A DNA stretch of 64,000 nucleotides from contig NC_043001.1 in the NCBI RefSeq assembly GCF_006345805.1, forward strand, positions 49,166,001-49,230,000, given 5' to 3'. Of this stretch, positions 13,851 through 61,490 are shown one piece after another. Under the pieces are notes generated by a model. The model saw only the letters and a program-made list of their open reading frames with translations, had not been told where the DNA came from and searched no databases. The position numbers were made by a program, and so were the translations under genes. How positions within the stretch are numbered: position 1 is the stretch's first letter; each line of letters begins with the position of its first letter. Origin of the DNA: Octopus sinensis. Lineage: Eukaryota.

Positions 13851-14982
13851 GGCGAGGTCTCACAGCTCTCAGAAAGTTGATATTTACAAACAGTGGTTAG
13901 TGGTTCATATATCATTTGTTTCTTCTGGTCAAACTTATAGGGAGCGATGATAGAAAAGATTGTTTGTGATGATGCTAGTGGTAATGATGATATTTTGAAG
14001 GGGTTCTCTGGTGGTGTTTTTTTGTTGAGTAGCCCTACGTCCAAGACAACAAATGGAACAGACCTATAATCAAAGATGTTCCGACGTGCCCATTCTATAT
14101 CTTATTCCGACATTGTGTATCTTAGACTACAATATTTAAAGTGACCTTCGTTTCTAAAGTCAGTGGTGTTGTGTTTTCAGTGAGATTTGGCTGCTATTTC
14201 TAGCAGGCTGACGTTAACGCATGGGTAATAAATGTTTGTAAAGGTATGTATGTATGTATAATAATGAAATTATTGTATACATTATAGGCGTAGGAGTGGC
14301 TGTGTGTAAGTAGCTTGCTTATGAATCACATGGTTCCGGGTTCAGTCCCACTGTGTGGCCCTTTGGGCAAATGTCTTCTACTATAGCCTCGGGCCGACCA
14401 AAGCCTTGTGAGTGGATTTGGTAGACGGAAACTGAAAGAAGCCCGTCGTATATATGTATATATATATATATAGATAGATAGATATATGTATGTATGTGTG
14501 TGTGTGTATGTTTGTGTGTCTGTGTTTATCCCCACCAACATCACTTGACAACTGATGGTGGTGTGTTTACGTCTCCGTAACTTAGCGGTTTGGCAGAAGA
14601 GACCGATAGAATAAGTACTAGGCTTACAAAGAATAAGTCCTGGGGCGATTTGCTCGACTAAAGGCAGTGCTCCAGCATTGCCACAGTCAAATGACAGAAA
14701 CAAGTAAAAGAGTAAAAGAGAGTACTCAGGTGCACCACAACTTGTCAAAAGTGTGTATAAAGCATATGCAGTAATGTACAAATGTCTGGAAAGTGAACAG
14801 CGCATGAGTTAGATACATGCTTGCGTGTATCTGGAGGGGAGAAAATCAGGTGTATTGGCGAATCTCAGGAAGCATGGAAGTTTTGAAAGATGCAGTGAAG
14901 GTTGTATGTATGTATGTATGTTTGTATGTATGTATGCATAGACACACATACATGCATGCATATGCACATGTATGCATGCACG

Positions 14983-15075
<93 letters not shown>

Positions 15076-15371
15076 GTGACACATTCAACACATTTAGTAG
15101 GAGTTACATATACTGCTTTCAAATATTGACTCAAGGGTAGTAATTTTGGGGGAGAGGTAAGTCCATTACATACATCGACCTGAGTGTTTGAATGAGACTT
15201 ATTTTATAGACACCAAAAGGGACGAGAAGCAAAGTTGGCTTTAGCAGACGAAATTCCACTAAGCATTTTGCTCAGCATGCTAACAATTTTGCCTTTGGAG
15301 TTATATACATTGGACTAAATCAAACTATTTTAAATAATAACGATAATAATATATATGTGTGTATGTGTGTG

Positions 15372-15420
<49 letters not shown>

Positions 15421-15557
15421 AGAGAGAGAGAGAGGATAGATTGCTAGCCACTACATATTCTTTATTTTCTCTCCTTGTTTCTTTCTGTGTTCCTTTCTGT
15501 GGAAGAGTGTCGGCTTGACACCACCTGTCTTTGTCTTTTGTTTCATTTGTGAATTCT

Positions 15558-15597
<40 letters not shown>

Positions 15598-15823
15598 GAA
15601 ATATTAAAATAACTAAGTCTCTCTAAAAGAGAACAGCGGCAGCGTTCCCGGAAAATAATAGTTATCGCCATACTAATATGGCATTCTTATAAAAATAAGA
15701 AAAAAGCTGTCCGCTTATTAGCTCCATGAGGCCATCGCCTTAAGTTAGCTATTTGATACACAAACTGTATCCATATAACCTTCGAACAAGGGAGGTCAGT
15801 CGCTCCACACTACTTGACCGGCA

Positions 15824-15865
15824 GCTACAGACGCGTTTCGGGGTATTGCCCCTTTTCAATGCAGC
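15824..15865 (-). ncRNA. Minimal type I hammerhead ribozyme (inverted copy)
   Basis: Exact reverse complement of 15936-15977. Confidence 0.72.
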
Positions 15866-15935
15866 GTAGCCAGCCAGTAGGTGTCGCTTCCGACAATCTC
15901 TGTTCGATGGTTTTATTTACCTACTGGCTGGCTAC

Positions 15936-15977
15936 GCTGCATTGAAAAGGGGCAATACCCCGAAACGCGTCTGTAGC
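15936..15977 (+). ncRNA. Minimal type I hammerhead ribozyme (+ copy 1)
   Basis: Stem I GCTGCA/TGTAGC, core TTGAAAA, stem II GGGG-caata-CCCC, GAAA, stem III AC-gc-GT (palindromic ACGCGT), cleavage triplet GUC ending at 15971. Confidence 0.75.
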
Positions 15978-16297
15978 TGCCGGTCAAGTAGTGTGGAGCG
16001 ACTGACCTCCCTTGTTCGAAGGTTATATGGATACAGTTTGTGTATCAAATAGCTAACTTAAGGCGATGGCCTCATGGAGCTAATAAGCGGACAGCTTTTT
16101 TCTTATTTTTATAAGAATGCCATATTAGTATGGCGATAACTATTATTTTCCGGGAACGCTGCCGCTGTTCTCTTTTAGAGAGACTTAGTTATTTTAATAT
16201 TTCTATTATTGAAAACAAGTGGATGTATTCCACCGAAACTAGGTAAATAAAACCATCGAACAGAGATTGTCGGAAGCGACACCTACTGGCTGGCTAC

Positions 16298-16339
16298 GCT
16301 GCATTGAAAAGGGGCAATACCCCGAAACGCGTCTGTAGC
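16298..16339 (+). ncRNA. Minimal type I hammerhead ribozyme (+ copy 2)
   Basis: Identical to 15936-15977 and 362 nt downstream. GUC ends at 16333. Confidence 0.75.
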
Positions 16340-16508
16340 TGCCGGTCAAGTAGTGTGGAGCGACTGACCTCCCTTGTTCGAAGGTTATATGGATACAGTT
16401 TGTGTATCAAATAGCTAACTTAAGGCGATGGCCTCATGGAGCTAATAAGCGGACAGCTTTTTTCTTATTTTTATAAGAATGCCATATTAGTATGGTGATA
16501 ACTATTAT

Positions 16509-16539
<31 letters not shown>

Positions 16540-17471
16540 TATATAGCGAGAGAGAGGCAATTATGGAGATAAACAAATTAGGTACATTAATTATTTTGAA
16601 TATATTAAATATAATAGTTTGGGTATAAAACACAAAATACATATATATGTATACATGGCAAAACTTTTCTTCCACCCCATTAATTTTCTCTGCTGGTTCG
16701 AGATGCGTTTATCTGTAATTTGTACTTTGTGTAAGTTGGACCTATTTATATATATATATATATATATATATTTATACTTAAAAATTCATCACCTTTTGCT
16801 TTCTCTCATTTTGCATGTACACATACTCTTTTACTCTTTTACTTGTTTCAGTCATGTGACTGTGGCCATGCTGGAGCACCACCTTTAGTCGAGCAAATCG
16901 ACTTATTCTTTGTAAGCCTAGTACTTATTCTACCGGTATCTCTTGCCGAACTGCTAAGTTACAGATATGTAAACACACCAGCATTGGTTGTCAAGCGATG
17001 TTGGGAGGACAAACACAGATACACAAACATATACACACACATACATATATATATACATATATACGACAGGCTTCTTTAAGTTTCTGTCTACCAAATCCAC
17101 TCACAAGGCTTTGGTCGGCCCGAGACTATAGTAGAAGAAACTTGCCCAAGGTGCCATGCAGTGGGACTGAACCCGGAACCATGTGGTTCATAAGCAAGCT
17201 ACTTACCACACAGCCACTCCTGCACCTACATATATACATATTTTGTATTTCATACCCAAACTATATTTAAAATATTTAATATAATTAATGTATCTAATTT
17301 GTTTATCTGCATAATTGCCTCTATATCTGCTCAACTTGATCTCTCTTACAGGCATTTTTTACTAAAATTTTACAAAATTTTACCCACTAAAGGCATCAAA
17401 ATCTAAGTTGGAAACTTTTGAGCACTACTAAATATCTTCTATACTGAGAATCTCTGGATCTCATCCGTGGA

Positions 17472-17520
<49 letters not shown>

Positions 17521-17979
17521 TGTGTGTATATATATAAATGTATGCACACACACATACATATATATATATATATAGATATACGTTTAGGCATGTGTTTGTG
17601 TGCATGTATATGTGCTGTTTGGGCATGCCATAGTTTCTGTGGTTCAAACTAGGACTACTTTCAAACTATTATTCTTTTATTCTTTTATTTGTTTCAGCCA
17701 TTTGACTGTGGCCATGCTGGAGCACCACTTTTAGTTGAACAATTTGACCCCAGGACTTATTCTTTGTTAGCCTAGTACTTATTCTATCAGTTTTTTTTTG
17801 CCAAACCACTAAGTTACAGGGATGTAAACACACCAACATCGGTTGTCAAGCAATGGTGTTGGGGAGCATGGACACACACATGCATATATATGACGAGCTT
17901 CTTTCAGTTTCCGTCTGCCAAATCCACTCACAAGGCTTTGGTTGGCCCGAGGCTATAGTAGAAGACACTTGCTCAAAGT

Positions 17980-18470
17980 CATAGAGACATAGTTATAGGG
18001 GCTGGTATGAAGTACTTTTACATTCTTTGAAAACCATAAACTTTTATAAGTTATATAACATATACTGAATCCCAGATCCATGTGTGTCATGTTTTTCTTA
18101 GTTCTGCTGGTTATGGGATTCCCAGAATGTTTGTCGATATCAACATTTTTGTGGCCATATTGGAAACGTCTGAACCACTCATACACTTGTGTGCGGCTCA
18201 CACACTCCTCTCCATACACTTTCTGCAACTTTGTGTAGGCCTCTGAGCAGGTATCGCCATGACAACTTTCTCTATCATAGCCAATGCGATGATCACATGC
18301 TGCACACCTTCCTTCCAAGCACTGCTATAAACAGCGGAAGTGAGCTAGAATGTTAAAACTTAGTGCACCTGCACAACAGACTTCAAGGTCAATCTGTACC
18401 AAGCAGCTTCACTCTGCATGCTTTAGCTTTGTTACTATGGCAACAGTCCGGATACTTATTGATCAGGCCT
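17980..18470 (-). mobile_element. Mariner 5' fragment (one TIR plus HTH)
   Basis: YTKLQKVYGEECVSRTQVYEWFRRF, with TIR-like ggcctgatcaataagtatccggac on the minus strand. Confidence 0.8.
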
Positions 18471-18473
18471 TGG

Positions 18474-18504
<31 letters not shown>

Positions 18505-18974
18505 GGAGTGGCTGTGTGGTAAGTAGCTGGCTTACGAACCACATGGTTCTGGGTAGCACCTTGGGCAAATGTCTTCTACTATAGCCTTGGGCCGACCAAA
18601 GCCTTGTGAGTGGATTTGGTAGATGGAAACTGAAAGAAACCCGTCGTATATATGTATATATATATGTGTGTGTGTGTGTGTGTTTGTGTGTCTCTGTTTG
18701 TTTCCCCAACATCGCTTGACAACCAATGCTGGTGTGTTTACGTCCCCATAACCTAGCGGTTCGGCAAAAGAGACCGATAGAATAAGTACTAGGCTTTACG
18801 AAGAATAAGTCCTGGGGTCGATTTACTCGACTAAAGGCGGTGCTCCAGCATGGCCACAGTCAAATGACTGAAACAAGTAAAAGAGTAAAAGAAAGAGAAA
18901 TATCTTGTCAGCAGTTCATATATCTGAAAAAAAGAAGCGCACTATGAAGCATTAGAGCAGAAATATATATTATA

Positions 18975-19017
<43 letters not shown>

Positions 19018-20068
19018 CAGAATGGGAGATGGAAAAACTTTTTGACATTATTTATTCATCATTACATATGTTTCATTAGCTAGTAGGAGTTACAAAATTT
19101 CACATGTAGGAGAAACGAGTAAGAAATCTCCTATTGGAAAATAAAAACTTTTACATGAAATGAAATGTCTTTACAATTTAGATTATGTCTTTCATACCCT
19201 TCCATACTGAAGGTTTATGACTATAAATCATTGCCAACAGTTGTGTCAAAATGGTTTTTTAAAATCATTTTAACATTGAATATTAAATTATTATCTTTCA
19301 ATAGTGTTATTACCATTATATCAAATCATTTTACACGTACACACACAAAGACACTATATATATATTATATGTATATATATATATATGAATGTATGTATTT
19401 ATGTATATATGTATGTATCTATATATATACATATATATATGTGTGTTTGTGTATGTATACATACATACATGCATACAAACATGTATATATTATTGACTAG
19501 CTGGTCACAGCTGTTATAAACTTTTGCGCTATTGCTTTTTGTAGCAGGTTAAGAAGTATATATATTCTTATAGCAAACTAAGCTATATTGTCAAGTATCA
19601 ACAGAAACTAAGTGTATGTTGTGCTTCTACTGATTTTTCAGTTTTTCATGCATATACATACATAAATACATATAGGTGTGTGTGTGTATGTGTGTGTGTC
19701 ATACATATGTATAAATGATTATGCATGTATCTTTGGACAATAAGGATGTCCTCTTTAATACCATGTCAATTTTGAAGGTTTGATCTTGAGATTATCTCTC
19801 CATCGCCAGTGGATCAGTATTATGATACAAATCCTCTAGAGGTGGAGATAATTTTAATAAATCTAGAATTTTTGTTGAATGATACTTGACATACCATCAA
19901 TTGTCTTGTCTATATATATATATACACTCACATACATATATTTATATATACACACACACACACACACATATATATATTTATAGAGAGAGAGAGAGAGAAA
20001 GATAGATAGATATACATATATACACATACATACACATGCACAAGCCTCTCAGCAGGCACAGTCATTCC

Positions 20069-20099
<31 letters not shown>

Positions 20100-20103
<4 letters not shown>

Positions 20104-21934
20104 GGGAAGCTTTATGAAAATAAACAAAAGACGAAGGCAGGTGGAGTACAAACAAACAATTGTATTAGTATGGCACTCAGGAATATAAATAAAACAAATC
20201 TTTTATGTTTCGAGCCTACGCTCTTCAACAGAAAGATACACAGAAAAGAAACACGGAGAGAAACAAGGAGAGAAAAAAAATGCGTGCAGAAGCTAGCGAT
20301 TCAACATGGCGATCTGATTCTGGCCAGAAGTCAGAGATCAGACATGAGAGCGAAAGTAGGGGAGATAACAGGGTCAAATGACTTCGCCCCCAACATAAGG
20401 GTGCGTGTGTGTATGAGAGAGTATGTAGTGTGTATGAAACGTCTGGACGTGTGTATGTATGTATGATGTGATGTGTAATGTCGTATGGTGTAGTGTAGAG
20501 AGAGGAGATGATGGGGAGAGGGGAGGGGGAGAGGGGGAGAAGGAAAGAGGAGGGAGGAGGAAAGGTGAGAGTGAGGAGGGTGAGAGGGGGAGAATGAAAG
20601 AAGGAGGGGGTGAGGGTGAGATGAGATGAGATGAGGGGTGAGGGTGAGGGGGAGAGAATGGAAGAGGAGGGAGGAGGGAGAGAATGGAAGAGGAGGGAGG
20701 AGGGAGAGGGGGAGAAGGAAGGAGAGGAGGGGAATGGGAAAGGAGGGGAGAGGGTGGGAATGGGAGTGAGGGAGCAGAGAGAAGGGGAAGAGGGAAGAAA
20801 GAGGAAAGAAGAGGAGGGAAGAAGGGAAGAAGAGGGAAAGAGAGTAGGGGTGAAAAGATGAAGAACTGAAGAGAAGTAGGAGTCGGGGGGAGGTTAGATG
20901 AGGAGGGGGGGAGAGTTGAGACCAAATGGCGTAAAAGAGCGAAGAGAGAAGATTAATCCCTGTTCACGGCGCAAATGGGAATCCGGATGGCTTCTGTGCA
21001 AGGACAAACCGAACACAGACAGGTGTTGCAAGGAGTGACCGGTGGAGCGAAAATGGCGTGAGACCGGTGTGTCGTTGGCAAGGCGGATGTCACGGAGGTG
21101 TTCCGCAAACCGGTCAGCCAAGCGGCGTCCTGTTTGTCCAATGTACAGGGAATGGCAGAGAGCAAGAAATGCAACAGATGATATTGCTGGAGGTGCAGGT
21201 GAAGGAGTTGATGATGCGATAGGGTCGATGATGGGTGCCAGTGAGGAGGGTGGTGTTGGAGAGGTAGGGGCAAGTGCAGCAACGTGGGCAGGAGCAGGGG
21301 AATGAGCCAGGTTGGGAGGTAGGGTCAGGGAAGGAGCTGTGGACCAAAAGGCCTCGTAGGTTATGGGCTCGTTTGAAGGAGGGGAGGGGTCGGTTAGGGA
21401 AGAGGTGTAAAGTGGACGGGTTAGACTAGAGATGCTGGAAAGCTTGAAGAATGGTGCGTTGGAGAGGTAGGGTCGTGGGGTGGTAAGTGAGGGGAAAAGG
21501 GAGGTGGGAGACTACAGGGCGGGTTCGGGGGGAGAGAGCAGATGCACGGTCTACGGAACGTGCTCTGGCAAGGGCGGTGTGGATAGTGGTGAGGGGGTAG
21601 GATGAAGTGGCAAGCCATGCATTGAGACTGAGTCTCAAAGTCATGGTTGTCACTACAGAGCCTACGTAGACGGAGGAATTGGGAATAGGGGATGGAAAGC
21701 TTGGTGTGTTTTGGGTGGGAGGAAGAGAAGTTTAGATATGTGTTTGTAGTGAATGGAGGTGGTAAGAGTGGAGTGATGAATGCTGATCGAAATGTCGAGG
21801 AAGGAGACAGAGGTGTTGGAGATAGTGGAGGTGAAGTGGAGGGCAGGATGGAAGGATTGAACGAAAGAGAGGAAGGAATCTAGATGTTCATGGGAGAGTG
21901 AGGTGGCACCGATAATGTCGTCAATGTAACGACC

Positions 21935-21935
<1 letters not shown>
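20100..21935 (-). mobile_element. Penelope-like retroelement, 5'-truncated: RT C-terminus, GIY-YIG endonuclease and pLTR-like 3' region
   Basis: Minus-strand frameshifted pieces RYIDDIIG...SFLDISI (RT), FTCTSSNIICCISC and ADRFAEHLRDIR...VSRHF...REQGLIFSL (GIY-YIG). The 3' region at about 20100-20400 has a GAGC-gtag-GCTC-GAAAC motif. Confidence 0.88.
20480..20900. repeat. Polypurine (GA-rich) low-complexity tract inside the Penelope element
   Basis: The plus strand is almost entirely G and A. Confidence 0.9.
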
Positions 21936-22023
<88 letters not shown>

Positions 22024-22024
22024 C

Positions 22025-23290
22025 ATCATCATCATCGTTTAACGTCCGCTTTCCATGCTAGCATGGGTTGGACGGTTCAACTGGGGTCTGGGGAGCCCGA
22101 AGGCTGCACCAGGCCAGTCAGATCTGGCAGTGTTTCTATAGCTGGATGCCCTTCCTAACGCCAACCACTCCGAGAGTGTAGTGGATGATTTTATGTGCCA
22201 CCGACACAGGTGCCAGACGAGGCTGGCGAACGGCCACGCTCGGATGGTGTTTTTTATGTGCCACCGACACAGGTGCCAGACGAGGCTGGTGAACGGCCAC
22301 GCTTGGATGGTGTTTTTTATGTGCCACCGACACAGGTGCCAGACGAGGCTTGCGAACGGCCACGATCGGATGGTGTTTGTTACGTGCCCACAGCACGGAG
22401 GCCAGTCGATGCGGTACTGGCTACGGCCATGTTCGGATGGTTTTCTTATGTGCCACCGGCACTGGTACCACAAAGATACAAATTCCATTGATGTTCATCT
22501 ATTTTGATTTGGTTTGATTTTCACTTGCCTCAACAGGTCTTCACAAGTATCCCAAGAAGGAAGGTATGCACAGGTGGACTGACTATGTCCCAGGTGGGGG
22601 CCACAGGTTATGGCCTCACTAGTCTTGCCGGGTCTTCTCACGCACAGCATACTTCCATAGGTCTCGGTCTCTAGTCATTTCCTTGGTGAGACCTAAAGTT
22701 CGAAGGTCGTGCTTCACCACCTCGTCCCAGGTTTTCCTGGGTCTACCTCTCCCACAGGTTCCCTCAACTGCTAGGGTGTAGCACTTTTGCACACAACTAT
22801 CTTCAGCCATTCTCGTCACATGACCATACCAGCGCAGCTGTCTCTCTTGCACACCACAACTGATGCTTCTTAGGTTCAACTTTTCTCTCAAGGTACTTAC
22901 ACTCTGTCGATTATGAACACTGACATTACACATCCATCGGAGCATACTGGCTTCATTTCTTGCGAGCTTATGTATATCCTCAGCAGTCACGGCCCATGTT
23001 TCACTGCCATGTAGCATGGCTGTACGTACACATGCATCATACAGTCTGCCTTTTACTCTGAGCGAGAGGCCTTTTGTCACCATCAGGGGTAAGAGCTCTC
23101 TAAACTTTGCCCAGGCTATTCTTACTCTAGCAGTTACACTTTCAGCACACCCACCCCCACTACTGACTTGGTCACCTAGGTAGCGGAAGCTGTCAACTAC
23201 TTCTAGTTTGTCTCCCTGGAACGTGGTAGAAGTTGGTCTCTGCACATTTCCAGTCTTTATTGCTCCTGAGCATCTGCCACAGACAAAAAC
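22025..23290 (-). mobile_element. RTE-clade LINE, 5'-truncated (RT C-terminus, 3' UTR with tandem units, (GAT)n tail)
   Basis: ORF 22619..23245 contains VDSFRYLGDQV...RLYDACVRTAMLHGSETW...LRWYGHV...GRGRPRKTW. Tail gatgatgat at 22022-22036 on the minus strand. Confidence 0.93.
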
Positions 23291-24171
23291 TATTTTCCTA
23301 GTTAGCCTTCCTTTGACATTGCTGCACCTCTTATGTGTCCATAGCTTACACTTGGTGCACCTTATATATATATATTATATATATGTATATTATTCTTTCT
23401 TTTGAAATATATACAACTGCTAAAAAGAAGTGCTCAGGTCGAACTCGAGATGAAAGATAAGAATTAAGATATAAACTCAAATCAGGCAATCATATTCATA
23501 CTTTTATAAATTTGACTTAAAATGTGTATACTATATTAATACATATCGACACATATGAATATTTAAAAAAAAATATGTATGAAATATAGATATATGTATA
23601 AACATATATAAATATACATAAAAATACATTTATATAAAATCCACGTGGGATATGTATGGAAGAAACCAACTCAAACTGTATTATATACCTTATATACAAT
23701 TTATATTTTTAAAAAACCCCACCAAACTCTATGGATTTTTTAATTGAAACACTTAACCCCTCTTAATTTCACTACAAAAAAAATTTCTTCAGTTCTCTTT
23801 TCCTCACACATCCTTCCATACGTATCGCACATGGGTTTTATTTACATGCATTGTTATGTGCATTTATTTATATATTTATATTTTAGAAATATTTTTTAAA
23901 ATATTCATACGTGTCAATATGTATTAATGCATGTATACACATTTTAAGTCAAATTTATAAATGTATGATTACCTAATTTGAGTTAGGTAATCAATTTGGG
24001 AAGCCAGAAGGCTGCACCAGGCTCCAGTCTGATCTAGCAGTGTTTCTACAGCTGGATGCCCTTCCTAACGCCAACCACTCCGTGAGTGTAGTGGGAGCTT
24101 TTTACGTGCCACCGGCACAGGTGCCAGGCAAGGCTGGCAACGGCCATGATCGGTTGGTGCTTTTTACGTGC

Positions 24172-24207
<36 letters not shown>

Positions 24208-24440
24208 CTTGACATAAAAATTAGCAGTCTGAATTATGGAGCACAAAACAAATTTTGATGCAAAGCAGTTAAAGATTATACTATATTTTATCCTCCATGA
24301 TACCTAAAAACAGTTATTAACTCTTCAAAGATATGCCTTTTAAATGTGGAATAAGTGATTAAATAAACAGTGTTCCAATATACACTATGTTGTGTTGCAG
24401 AAGAGAGATTAGTTAAAAAGTTTGTATGTTTACATGTGTA

Positions 24441-24507
<67 letters not shown>

Positions 24508-24897
24508 TTCATATGCAAGAGAGTGAGAAAAAATTAGTGTAAGACATATAGAAAAGAGAAGAGCTTACTACTCCTTTATAACTATCAGTCTTTCACCATC
24601 TCCTTTTTTGAATTGGCCCTATCTTACTATAGGAAGTTTATTAACTCAGGATTTTTTATGATTCATACATTATTCCTGAATGGTTTTGGATATGTGTGCA
24701 AATTTTAGAAAACATTTGTCTAGGCACAGGTGTGGCCATGTAGTAAGCAGCTTGCTTTTCAACCACATGTTTCCAGATTCAATCCTACTGCATGGGACCT
24801 TGGGAAAATATCTTCTACTACAGTCTTGGGCTGACCAAAGACTTGTGAGTGGATTTGGTAGACAGAAACTGAAATAAACCTGTAGTGTGTGTATGTG

Positions 24898-24956
<59 letters not shown>

Positions 24957-25331
24957 TGTGTATCTGTGTGTCTGTGTTTGTCCCACCACAATCGCTTGAC
25001 AACCGATATTGGTGTGTTTACATCCCAGTAAAAAGAGACCAATAGAATAAGTACTAGGCTTACAAAGAATAAGTCCTGGGGTTGATTTGTTCAACTAAAA
25101 AGGTGGTGCTCCAGTATGGTCGCAGTCAAATGACTGAAACAAATAAAAAAATAACAGAATAAATTGCAATGTCTGAAGACATAACAGATAAACATCAATA
25201 CTAATAGATATAGATAGCTATGATAATCTTTTATTTTATTTGATATAATTGTCCTATGTTCAGCATTTTAATTTCAGTATAATGCCAATTATTATGGTTT
25301 ATCATTTCTTTAGAATTAATCCACACCAACA

Positions 25332-61490
<36,159 letters not shown>

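Larger units (their letters stand above)
15592..16508. mobile_element. Hammerhead-bearing 362-bp unit in inverted plus partial-tandem arrangement (retrozyme or Penelope pLTR-like)
   Basis: 291-bp inverted arms at 15592-15882 and 15919-16209, a tandem period of 362 bp, (TA)n on both flanks and no ORF. Confidence 0.75.

Noticed and set aside
20374-20925. 183-aa Pro/Ser/Leu ORF and opposite-strand Glu/Gly/Arg ORFs
   Set aside because: They arise from the polypurine low-complexity tract.
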